From Perkinsus olseni (taxonomy: Eukaryota), in the NCBI GenBank assembly GCA_013115125.1, contig JABANN010000097.1, positions 1 through 64,000 on the forward strand: a stretch of 64,000 bases of DNA, in the 5' to 3' direction. The position numbers and the translations under genes were made by a program. Numbering within the stretch: position 1 is the stretch's first letter; every line of letters begins with the position of its first letter. Under the pieces are notes generated by a model. That model did not search any database. It had not been told where the DNA came from and saw only the letters and a list, made by a program, of their open reading frames with translations. Below, piece by piece: positions 1-12,639 of this stretch.

Positions 1-3
1 TAG

Positions 4-4
4 C

Positions 5-72
<68 letters not shown>

Positions 73-73
73 C
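4..73. repeat. (CAA)n microsatellite
   Basis: About 23 uninterrupted CAA units at the window start. Confidence 0.95.
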
Positions 74-354
74 TCTTTATGATACCCCGCATTATCATCA
101 CGACAAAATCCGTCGGCCTATCCGCTGCGCGATGGTCATAATATGTCCTACCGCTGTCAGGTTTCTAAGTGCCTCATCGAGTGTATCATCAATCAGCCGG
201 ACAGCATTACCATCTTTTGCTATTCCGCTGCGTCCGCCAGTAACACATCTCGTACCATCTCTATCGGGGCCACCGCCAACACTACTGCCCGGTCAAAAGG
301 TGAGTAGTAGTCACGCACTCCATCACTGTGAACTCAAGGGGTATCTTCGCTCAG

Positions 355-1121
355 ATGAATGAGCATAGTGAAGAGAGGGCGGAGGAGGGAGTGTTAGAAG
401 AGGCTCTACGGAGCATGAAACGTATACGCCTCGACAATACAGAAAGCAACACTACGGGATCCGATGATAAGCAGCAGCAGGACGATGACGTGGCAGCCTT
501 TGAAGCACGCCAACAGCTCTTACAGGTTATATTGCTATTATAGGAACGCCGGGGCGGCCATATCGTACTCACTCTCAGGATGAAGCTGATGCTATGAGCA
601 CGATATCTACAGCATCTTCTATGAAAAGAGGTCGGGCATCGGTGCCCATCTCCGGGTATAATGATGATATAATGTTGCCCTCGTCATCCCCTCTTGAGCG
701 TCGTCATGCTGCATCATCATCATCTAACAATCATTCATGCCGGAGACAGCGATGGATTAGGGTTCGTGACAGAGTACAACAAGTATCATCAACTATCTAT
801 GGTGCTAGTTGGTCGCAAGTCAGACAAGGCTCACTCAGGGCTACTGGTTGTGTCGCTGGTATGGCAGCACAGAAGGTTCGCTCAATGGTGGTGGGTGGAG
901 TACCACCACCATCGACAGCAGCATCATCATTACCATCATCAGAAGGTCATGCCGCAGACGACGACGGCATAGTGACCACGACTACGGCGGCACTCCCAGT
1001 AGAAGCAGCGAGTGAGGATGGTAACAACAACGCTGGTGCTTGTCCATGCTGCTGCTCGAGCGATCCTCCTACAAGCGTGGTGGGAACGAGTGAAGATATT
1101 GATGACGGTAGCAATCCGTGA
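355..1121 (+). CDS. Hypothetical low-complexity protein (spliced, may start upstream)
   Basis: Coding-like ORF pieces (EEALRSMKRIRLD; SMKRGRASVP...) separated by short GT-AG intervals. No recognisable domain. Confidence 0.35.
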
Positions 1122-2657
1122 CGATAATAACTGAATATTTGCTATTAACTCAACAGCATCCGTGGAGACTGTTACCGGTGGGCTCTCTCTATCACAGGGT
1201 CTTTCACCGAACATATTGATTGTTTATTTCTGTGCTCCATCAGGAGTTTATCCTGGACCTCGCCAGAAGCAGTAGCGTGGGTACCACTACACCACAGTCT
1301 GGTCGTAACTAGTCTCCGCTGCTTGAGTGATGTAAATAACTGGCGATGCAGCTCGTTTCTTCCTTTCTCGATCTTAATCGTCGCGTGGCAGGATATCCGA
1401 GACGTTATCGTGCCTGATTTGTGTTATCATCATCGTTGGTGTTGTTACCGCGAGATTTCGTGACTGATGATGATCGTTATTATCGTTATCTACCCAAACT
1501 ACATCACCTATAATTCAACCAAGATTTGTTTCCAAAAGTACCTCAATCCCCTTTCCAACGAGGATATACTGCTACTGGTCCACCAGGGGAGTGGTTTACA
1601 GCAACAACAGTATTATGATGTCCAACCGTGGCGATGTATTCTCACTATATTCTACTTCTCCATGCTGATAGCGTCGCGTGTCGTGCTAGGCTCACACAGT
1701 TCATCTCGTCTATCTACGATAGCTCGGCGAACTGCTGTGAGTTCTCCCGCCTTTACTGTCCTCCCTCGGCACTCCACCTCCGGTTCTGCAGAGGTATGGA
1801 GTGTGGCATTATCATCATCATTAGCCGTGTTTGATGTATCGTTTTAAGATTGGCTGTTATTCATTAATATGATGACTGCTGTTAAAGTGATCGTCTTTGT
1901 ATCGTTATCATCGAACTGAGAGTTTATACGTACCATTCATATTAACATTGAAGAGCCCTCATCGTCATCAAAGTCCTGTGTTGTGTGGTATTGAGTCAAA
2001 GACTAGATCCTTTCAATTCTGGTTTAGCAATTCTCACATCAGTGCACTCCATTCTCGTGGCACAGCTCGGAACTGCTAGATGTACCGAGAAGGGTGGCAC
2101 ATCGCAATTGGAAGGATGACCGTCCGCGTTGCATGCATGCTACCCTACGCAGTCCCGGCGTTAACTCGAATGAATCTTTGGCTGATGATACCGCTACATG
2201 TGTAATCTTCCGTAGAAGACTGATTATCGCGAGTTCTAAGTTGTTTGGCAGAACAGTGATGTTAGCGCACTCCTTCCCGAGCATGCCGTTGGAGGTGGTT
2301 CCCCATCTTGAGAGTGATTCACGTCACCTTACAGAAGGTTACCGGAACCTTACTCACCAAACCTGACTGATTAACTCAAACCATGATGCGGTTGTAAATC
2401 AAAACTCCGACGGTGAATCGACTAGTGTAACAACAGGCTCAGAGGCAGAAAGCCTTCATAATGATGAAACGCAAGCGCACCAATATGGACACGACGTCCT
2501 GCCTATCAACAGTGCGACGCGCGTGATTAATATGCAAAAATGAAGAATTGCTAGTCGTAACAGCTGGGAATCGCGGATGGTGCTGTAATACCAAAGTATC
2601 CGATCTCCATGCCGCTCATGCATCCAACTCATCTTTGCGGATACGGTAGACCACCCG

Positions 2658-5611
2658 TCAGGAGTCCCGTACAACGTCACTATTTCCTGGATCCCTGGCC
2701 ATGGGAAGGGCGGACCATATACACGAAGCGCACAGAGGCCAGTAGGCGAGTAGTATTGAGCCCTAACAATAATGAAGGATGACCGATATGTATGGACGCC
2801 GATATGCGAGACCTACTATAATGACCACCGGGCTGATGAGTCGTGTTGTGCTGCTGAGCTGCTGGCGTTCCGTCTCTACACTCGGGTACACCCAAAAAGA
2901 GAGGGCCAACTGTAACGCATAGCCCGCGGAACGCAAGCCTTTAAAATTAGCATTCGCCATCAAATGGTACCTAGGGAGTTTGCGTCGACAAGTTTCTCAA
3001 GATGCTTGTCGGCCGCGTTGTCCCTACTCAGTTTCCTGATACATCGTGTTGACGATCGCTGGGATCTGCGATTGGTATGCTGATACTCCCGCCGCTATGA
3101 CTCCGAGAAGGGTGAGCACAAGAGCATAGTCCAGAACAGTTGGGTCTCCTATCTTATCCCATTTCTCTGGCGAACTTGGGCGCTACGAAAAAGCATCACA
3201 GAAGAGCAGCGGCATGGCTGCTGAGAGTGATGTTCTTACGGATTGGTAATTGGGTTTGATAATAGAGCCTGCAGGGGCGTTGTTGTCGAGAGATATCACA
3301 TAAATTGAGAAGGTGACAAGTCCCGTGACTAGAAGGAAGGTCCCAAGGAAGATAACCTGACAGCGTATCCGTCCCTCCCAAATATCTACCGTTTGCGTAT
3401 CAACGCTCAGCGTGCTGTCGACCAATGAGTATAAGGATGAATGACTGTGGAAGGTTGCGTGCCTTACAAGGCGCTTCCGACAGCAGGTGATCTTATACAG
3501 GACGAGGGCGAAGGCTATGGCCGAGAAGCCTGTGAAGATCTGCAGCATGCCTGTGATGAAGTTACCAACACGGGAGCCCAGCATTGGTTGGACTAAGTAG
3601 ACTATGAAGTCGCCATAGAGGAAGCCTTCGACCTGGGGAGGGGATTGGAATAGCATACCGATACTATAATACAATTCTGCTTACCATTCCACAGGCTAGG
3701 AGAAGGGGCGCGAAAAGCATGTATTGCTTTGCCCGAACAGGGAAGACGGCCGTTTGAATAGGGGAGGTCTGCGGAGCTGGCGTCCCTGCCAGAAGAGGAA
3801 GCGAGGCCAGCGAGTCGTTGTTGTTGTCGGTGGTGGTGGTGGAATATGAAGGATAGTACCAGGTATAGCATCGGTCCTCGGACAGGGTGGTATGGCTAGG
3901 TATAGGAAGGCTCCAGTAAGGGAGAGCATTCCAGACAACCAGAAAGCCAACATAAGGTAACTGCACGAGCAAGAGCAGCAATTGTGTGGTGGTCACAGCT
4001 AGTGACTCGAGAAGTAGTAGCAGCAGCAATACGAAGAAGCGCCCGTAGAAGAGGGGCGACTACCTCAACGATTCATCCTCGGAGCGTATGGCTGAATACA
4101 GGGATCCCAGAAACATATTAATGATACCAGCACCGAAGTAGGAGGAGAAGTATATGCCATAGAACCTGCTTGAGAGCGAAGCATGGCCTTCAGGAATACA
4201 TGGGAAGAATGATGAGATACCATGATGATGACCCCGACGATACTCTCATCATCATCATCACTGCTACTACTACTATTACTACCATGACAGGTTCTTTGAG
4301 AGCATCTCACGGAAGTTACTCCGGGCAAGAGTCTCCTCCGACGCACCAGTTCGGGTAGGATCGCGGCAACGGAAGTAGCTACAAGAGACGATATAACTGC
4401 TGTGGTATGATGACGATGGCCATGACGATGACCACCATCACCTACGCGGATCGTCCAATTATGACATAACTTGCGACAGAGTCGAGAGGGTAGAGCAATG
4501 CTGCTATCACACAAGCAGATATATAGCCGACTTTAGAAAACGATGATAAGGCGGTACCAAGGACTAGGTAGTATCTGGCAGTATGATGATGAGAAGAGGA
4601 AACGTGGATATAAGATGATAAGTTACACGTGGACGGCGGCTCCGATACCACCGATGAATAATAAGTACTTGACCGCAGTATGAAGTTCGAACCATCGATG
4701 GACCATGGGGCACATCCAACAGACTAGTACCTCTATTATTAACCTACAAGCATAACAAGTGCAAAACCCAAGAATCGCTGTGAACGGCCAGAGGATTCCG
4801 AGACGACGCTCCCTTGGTCACGACTGAGTTTATGATTACATTAAAAATCCTCGAAAGAAGGCCGATCCGCCAAAGGCAGAGACTTCATTGACATACGCTG
4901 ACCGTAGACCAGCCTCGACGAAGGCCTTGGCAACAGCAAGAGCGAAGCTGACGACAGATGTGGAGGGGTAGCAGATAGGGCACCATACTTACACGGTCTT
5001 GAACCAGTAGGAGGAATCTTTATACGTGCTCACGGTTGCCTGAGTTGTTGAGACTGATGATATCGCTCTCGACTTGGACTCAATGGTCAAGACAGAACTT
5101 GATGATGTAAACCGCCATTGACGATCAGTGGGGTTGTTGGTATTGAAGATGCCTTGGCTACTCCGACGTCGTGACTGATACAAGGACACGCTCGAGCTTG
5201 TGTGGGTCCGAGAAACGCCGCCGCCGCCGCCGCCGTGATGATGGTGGTGATCGAGCGGGTCATTAATAGACACAGACCGCGCCAGTCTAGGTCCCTGATG
5301 AAGAGTCAGTATGTAACATCCATGTTATATTAGTCACTCACCGATGCCTGAGTATGGTACTCCCTTCCGCCTCGGAGCACACTCGGTACAGCTCCTGATA
5401 CGGTGGCCCTTCTACTGTTGACCCCTTGAGGCAAGAGTTGGGGTATAATGTCTAAGAATAATGATAATGGAATTGATTCAGACTGATATGGTGATGACCT
5501 TCAGGATCGTCGCCAGAGGCCGAAAAATTATGCTTCTCCTCGTCACCATCATACTCCTGATGATTATTTCTCAGATGAGCAGTCGTGGCGGACCGAGCGA
5601 GATCATCCATG
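2658..5611 (-). CDS. UNC93-like/MFS multi-pass transporter, paralog 1 (multi-exon, ends approximate)
   Basis: Hydrophobic exons with motifs shared with the two neighbours: TYKDSSYWFKTV, HRWFELHTAVKYL, PPCPRTDAIP, QVEGFLYGDF, ANFKGLRSAG. The family call rests on TM pattern and recalled similarity, not a search. Confidence 0.6.
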
Positions 5612-6031
5612 TAACAAAAAGGCCCTGAGCACCAGCTATCAATCGGTAACAGCGCCAGGCAGCAGCGGATGTGGCATTCGAAAGAGGAGGATGGGGAGGA
5701 GGCAGTTATATCATCTGCCAACCAAACATAGCAACGTGATTATGATAATGAAACTCGATAATCGGTGGAAAACACGAAATAAGGAGGCAGTAGTAGCAAT
5801 GATACCGAAAGCGTTCATGATACCTTCTTACGAGTGAATGATGATGACGATACCCTCCAGTTGCCGAGGGTCAAAAATGAACTGCTGCTGCTGCTGCTGC
5901 TGATGATGATGATTGCTTTCATTGAGTATCATGCGTTAGAGTCTGGGCTGAGACTCTTTGTCCTTCTACCTCCTGACGACTACGTGAGTCACGAATCCAG
6001 CTGATGCCGAGTGGTAGGTAGGTAAGGATCG

Positions 6032-9000
6032 TTAGAACCTACGTGAGTACACTTGGATGAGATGATTCTTGGCAGCAGCAAGGTGTATAGTGACGATGAT
6101 GATTACCAGTAAAACAAGGGCCGCTATAAGATTGGAGGTCTGGGATATTCCATAATACGATGATATCAAATTATCAAATCCCATCTGTACCATGAAGCCA
6201 AGACTACGTAGACCCTTGAGATGAGCAGATACTTGCAGATGATACCTGAGTGTGGTGAGCCAGGAGTAAAGATTGATAATCATCACTATCAAGCGTGGAA
6301 TGGTTGTTCTTATCATTATTACGGTGTAGGCTGATAAATCTGTTGGGTTACGGATGATAGGTGTGCCTTATAGGGTAATAACCCCAGAGCAATGAGGATG
6401 ATACACGAAGCAACGACGAAGTAGTCATACACTTCCACATCATCTATCTCAATCCACTTTTCCGGGCCGTCTGATACCTGATGGTCATCATCAGAACGAT
6501 AGGGATATCGGGAGATACAGGAGGACGAGGAGGACGCACCCTAGTATAGTTCAGACCCAAGATGGAGGAGGAGTTCTTGCCTCCTCCTTCTCCTACTCCA
6601 CTAGACACCATCACAGCAGCTGATAATGCTGCACAATAGGCCATAGCTAATACCAGAGCGATGGCTCCGAGGAGGACTACCTACATCAGTGAACCATACA
6701 TCACGGCACTCCCCCACAGGCTACGGAATTATGCTGCTGCTGCTGGTGGTGGTGGTGCTGCTGGTGCTGCTGGTGCTGCTTACCGTTCTCAGGGTGCAAA
6801 AGCCCCGATAGACAAGCCAACCATACATGAATGCTACGAGGCCATCAATGAAGAGGGCAAATCCAGTCACGAGACTAGAGGCTCTAGGACCTATACGCGG
6901 AGTTGAGATATACATGACGAAGTCAACATAACCGTATGCTTCAACCTGATATGAGAAATACGTGGACTGAAGCACAACAAGAGGAGTAGGGCACCTACCA
7001 TCCCACATACGACGAGCAATAGGGCATAGACTCTAAACCGACGATGGGCGATTGGAAAGATGAACGTCCGCCATGGTGACACGCAGGGGACAGGACTGCC
7101 TGAGGAGCGGTCGGGAGCTGGGAAGTCGAGGGGATGATTAGTACTACCTGGTATGACGTCGCTACGTGGACAGGGAGGTATCCCCAGATATAAAAATGTT
7201 CCTACCAAGCTCAACATACCGAGTGACCAGAACGCTAAGCCTTTATATCTAGACAAAGGGCAAGATGGCTGCCCCTGTGGATAGAATCCCAGCATTACTC
7301 CCCAAGGTCGAGCTGCTTAGGTAACTGTAGTAATAAAAGGCCGAGGATGATGAGCAATACGCCCGCACCGGCATAAGAACCAATATAAATACCATAGAAC
7401 CTGGTCATGGCTCCCATGATGGACTGCCCGTCCAGGGCTAACAGGCAGGATGATACTACTACTACCTTGCTAGGTTACGTCCCAAGGGATTCTCACTATC
7501 GTCGTTCATCCTCTGACCTCCTTCTGACGTGAGAATACTCGGACGACGTAAAATACCGTCTTCCTTGGTAGTCGGGTCATGCACCCTATAGTATCTAGTA
7601 TCACGAGTAACAGTGTGTAAAGGATGGTGGCTGCTGACATTTATCCTACGCAGATCTTCCAACAAGGGCTATGGCCCCTATTGATGATAGTGGATATATT
7701 ACACCAACCACCGTTAGCGCTATAATGTAACAGGCGATACCTCCTGAACCCCAAGCAGGAGGCCCATAGCTGTCCGTCATGTAGTACCTAATATGAACAA
7801 ACAGGACAACAAGCACCGCAAGGCTCATGATGAAGGGCTCCTGATGAATGGTATACACATTCATGGTACGGGTTCGAGGATGACCAAGATGCTCGGTGGT
7901 TTAATAAATCCAGCATACTCCGATGACCTGCCCAAGTTTCCCTTACACGTAGGTCACTGTTCCGAAGCCTCCGATAAATAACAGGTACTTAGCCTGGGAG
8001 TGCAATTCGAACCATCTGTATAATATCGGAATGAAGTAGTAGGTCAAGATCTCCGCTCCGTACCTGCTCAATAANNNNNNNNNNNNNNNNNNNNNNNNNN
8101 NNNNNNNNNNNNNNNNNNNNNNNNNNNNNNNNNNNNNNNNNNNNNNNNNNNNNNNNNNNNNNNNNNNNNNNNAACGCTCAATAACGCTCAATAACGCTCA
8201 ATAACGCTCAATAACGCTCAATAACGCTCAATAACGCTCAATAACGCTCAATAACGAAGAAGGCCGAACCTAGCAGAGGGAAGGGTTAAATGGACAACAG
8301 CGGAGACCACGGAGAAGAATCGTGAAGAACTGCTGCCGTGGGACCGATGAGGGAGTGAGTGGTATTATGTAGCCATTCCTGACGAGGCAGTCGACGACCT
8401 CTCCGAAAGCCAAAGTAAATAAATGTGGTGCCACTCAGCGCTACGCGATGCCGTACCGCAAATCCACAGCAACGCCGAGGAGAGCGGCGCACAGTGATGA
8501 TCCGAGAACATGCAGAAGCCTAGAACTCCACTCACATTATGAGACGGCCAGTGTAGGAGAATCTCCCAATGACTGCCACTTCTAGGAACTGCGAAGCACG
8601 CAAAGATGCTTCTATGAACAGCTTGGCTGCCCCGATGAACAACCTGTCAACAATCATGACCTCGAAGCAATACTCCAGCCACGGTTTATGTCGATATGAG
8701 GTATCAGTTGGTCCAGGTCAGAGAATAGGTTATCTTTACTCCCCCGCCAGCATCCTTGGATGGGTGGCAATAGCCGCCCGCAAAGAAAGGCAGTCCACCA
8801 CTGTGACGTGGCGTTGTGTCACGAAATCGCATGGCCGACAGGTTCAAGTAAGCGTCACTTGTCAAGCGGAATCTCCGCAGTGTGCAGAATCGTGGCATCT
8901 TTGCGGGGATGATCCATTCAAGAAGTTGAACGACGTTACCATCCCGCTTGCGGTGGTCGCCTATGGAACGCGTGGCGAGACTCTCGACGACACAGCAGAA

Positions 9001-9620
9001 TGAGAAATCACATGGCGAAGTAGCCTCATCATCGACACTACGGTGGTTGCTTTCAAGGATGGAGACTTAAGTTCTCGTGTCTGATGTCATGATGATGATG
9101 ACCTGGCCTTGATGCAGCAGCCGTCTGGCTTTCTAGAGGCAGTTTCTCTGCAGTGCATTGGAGGGATACACCCAACTGGGGGTACTAACTGGCCCTACCA
9201 CTTACACGAGCTTCACCCAATATGATGCGTCTTCATACTCGCCAATCCTGGCAGACGATGATGTTCTGTCGAGGGAGTTCCTATGACCCCCCGATGACCG
9301 TCGTTGACTGGCATACAGGCCAGCGGAAGGCGGCTCTGCTGCTGGATGGTCGCTAACAGTCGAGAGATCCCTCCTGCTCTGCTGCTGCTGGTGCTGCCGA
9401 ACGGCGCCCCGTCTTCGGTGTAAAACCTGTGGAGACTGGATCCAACGATGTTGTAGCGATGGTGTTACTGACCTCGGTAGAAGAAGACTGTGATGCTGGG
9501 CGAGGGTGTTGTGATGGTGGCATGATGAGAGGTAACCCGACTTGATAATGATGATGCCCTATGGGGTTATCCGAACACAACTCTCGCTGGACTTATTTCA
9601 CGCCACAGAGAAAGGTGGGC
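6032..9620 (-). CDS. UNC93-like/MFS transporter, paralog 2 (spans assembly gap)
   Basis: Exons YEDASYWVKLV (~9206-9240), LFIGAAKLFIEASLRAS (~8540-8643), YRWFELHSQAKYL, RYYRVHDPT, PPCPRSDVIP, QVEAYGYVDF, AHLKGLRSLG; stop at 6032. Confidence 0.6.
8075..8172. other. Assembly gap (N run)
   Basis: 98 consecutive N. Confidence 0.99.
8173..8256. repeat. 10-bp tandem repeat (ATAACGCTCA)n
   Basis: About 8 perfect units right of the gap; GCTCAATAA is also found immediately left of the gap. Confidence 0.95.
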
Positions 9621-9653
9621 ATAGTAGTAGACGGTAGATGATAGAGCGAAAGC

Positions 9654-12520
9654 TCATGACCAAACCAACAGCTTTAACGACAATCTTAACATGAATACTA
9701 TAGGAGATCTATTTGAGATACTCTCTCGATTATAATACAAGGGTCGGTGATAGCTGACTAGTAGTCTTACCCGGGGAAGCATGTGTCTACACAGGTCATA
9801 CGGACAGAGCAAGTATCCGATGTTACACACGACAGGCGGCACGATGCAGCCGATGGAGGCTGTAAATGCAGGACACCACCTTCAACTGGTGACCATCTCG
9901 CATGATCCTCTATGCAATAGATGACCCGGCGAACGGATTCCTGTTACTATCGACGTTGAGCTGTTCTTGGTAGGAGGGAACTCCTCAGGCAAAGGAACCC
10001 CAAGGGGAGGTATGTCGTCACTACAACAATCTGCATAAGAGGTATGAGACAAGGCACAACGTAGTAGACGAGTACTACCAACAAAACGACGGAAGTTGTC
10101 GGGAAGGTCCTCTCGTCGGAATATATACCCTTAACTTTGTCGAGAGCCCAGAGATCGAGGGCATTGATGAACAAAGAACCCATGCTCCTGTATGCTTTGT
10201 AGTTGCCCACAGCTATAACATGAAACCTGATCATCATCACAGTGGACACGATAGTTTCACAATCCTCGGCCGGCTCCTGATTACTCCGTCAACTGGTAAT
10301 GATGGTACAAGACGGCGGGTATTTGAGAGTCGTAAGCAGCTCGGCCCATGGCCAGGAGTATCGTCAAGGCGAATACCATCGTGAATTCCCACGGGGTCGG
10401 GTCTTGATTTTTCCTCCACTTATCGGGACTGCTAGGGTCCTGAGAGTTGATGATGATGGTGATGATACTGTTAGGAGTGTCACAGGAGCGTTACCTGTCT
10501 GAAATTCTCAATTATACCTCGATTACTGTAAAAAAGTAGTATCCGAAAGACGAAGAAGCTGGAAAGAGCGGCAGCCCCGATAAGGATAGTCTGAAGGAAA
10601 ATAGGCCATTATGCTTATGCTAAGCATAACAGCAGCCACAGCGAGGAGTACCATCCGACGTCTCAGATGTCCTTTGTATACAAGCATACCATATGCCCAG
10701 GAAGCTAGCCCCTGGGTGAAGAATAAACAACCGATGAGGAATGGTATAGCACGCTGTCCGAGGTAAGGGGTGGCCACAAAGAGGGTGTATTCACCGTAGA
10801 AGTATGCGTCAACCTGCACCAGATGAGGGATTATGAGATATGGGAGTAATGGAGGTGATGATGGTGATTGATGAGAGATTACCATCCCTCCAACAACGAT
10901 GAGAGGCATGATGATCAAGAATGTCTTATGCTTTACAACGAATGCTACACTGCTGAACGCTGATATCACTGGGGGTGGGGTGCCTGAGACGGCGGCAGTA
11001 TGATACACCACATTGTGGTGACCACAACTACTAGTGATCGATGCTGGTAGTAAGGATAGCAATTCAGTATGATGATAGTAGTTGGAAATTGGGGAATGGT
11101 ACCTGGTATGACATCACTCCTTGGGCACGGTGGTACCATATGGAATATGAACATACCAGCCAAGGGGAAGAGAGCCAGAAGCCAGAAGAAGGCGGACCTC
11201 CGACTGACAACAAGACAAGCCAACAGCAGCTGTTACTTATCATCAAGGACACGCCATATGGCATTAACAGTACTCATCAGGTGTACTGCTGACTGATATA
11301 TTTGGCAGTACTATTGCACCAGTCGCCAAGATTATAACTCCTGATACTGCGAAAAGGGCAAAGTAAACCCCAAAGAACCTGAACGGGGGGCAGGGGCTAT
11401 AGTCACGACCATTGATGTGGGATGGAAACACCACTTTGATAAAACTCTGCCGAGTGCCCTCTTGAACTCAATAGCGTTATGCCATGTCGTCTGTACCGGG
11501 TCAGCAGCTGTAATACCCTCAACCAAGCCCAGTGTTTCCCCTAGCAACCCATGATGCCTATTATTATTGGGATGATTATGATAATGTCCGTCCTCGGGCT
11601 GTCGTGTTATGTCTAGAGGGTTTGTCGGGCGTGTGGGGTCACGGCACTTAAAGTATCTTGTAAGATAAGTAAGCACTACCCCGACTACACCGCAGTTAGT
11701 ACTACCCAGAACGACCTATAATAGCGTAGTTTGTAATCTCCACCAAGGGATAGAGCATACCAAGGAATACTGCAGCCGCTACATACATCGGAGAGTTATC
11801 TACTGTATTCTCGGGGTAATTGACAGCATAGGCTAGTTGGTAACTGACGACAAGACAGGCATTCTTCCCCTATGCTGTTCAATAGGAATTATGTATTGGC
11901 CAATAGTAAGATTCTATTCCTCAGTCCACCAATGAGAAATCACTGCAGGAGTGGTATAGCCCTCAAGCGACTGGTTATGATGTATTACACATAGAGGACG
12001 GTCGATAGAGCACCGAGTGAGCTAAGGAACTTAGCCTGGGTGTGAAGCTCGAACCATCGATATATCATAGGGGCCATTAACAAAGATATCGGCACCTCTA
12101 CGGCAAATCTGATGAGGATTCAAGTCGTGTTGCGAATAAGAGCAAGCATTGCTGTTATTACATTATAAAGTGTGCTAGATAGGCCATGTTACCATATACT
12201 GATACTTCTACCATAAATGCTGCCCTCATACCAGCCTCGAGGAACAGCTGGGCCACACCAAGGGAGAACCTGCTTCCACGTGTCTCACGGTGAAGGCGTT
12301 GTTGTGGCAGTGGTTGCGGCTGTTACACTATCTTTATCCAATAGGTGTAGTCTTTATACGTTGCCACTGCGCTAGGCTCTCCCAGATGCGATGATCGTCT
12401 TCGATGATCACCGGAGCCCTCAGGAACAACGTGTGATGTGAAGGCGGCTGCCTTACTCTCATACAGAGGTGCGCTGACTGCTGATGACTTATTTGCCCTC
12501 TGAGAACACCGCATGCCCAC
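9654..12520 (-). CDS. UNC93-like/MFS transporter, paralog 3
   Basis: TYKDYTYWIKIV, YRWFELHTQAKFL, RYFKCRDPT, PPCPRSDVIP, QVDAYFYGEY, GNYKAYRSMG in the same exon order as paralogs 1 and 2. Confidence 0.6.
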
Positions 12521-12639
12521 TCGTCAATCCACCATCAACAACTACATGATGATGATGTTGGTTAACCCAGCTCATATGATTAGGTGCTGCCGCTGCGGCT
12601 GCCCTCGTGCTGTTGCTCTCAGACAGGCTTACCCTGTGG

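Noticed and set aside
8173-8256. Direct repeats as a CRISPR array or telomere
   Set aside because: No spacers, eukaryotic intron context, and the unit is not a TTAGGG/TTTAGGG type.
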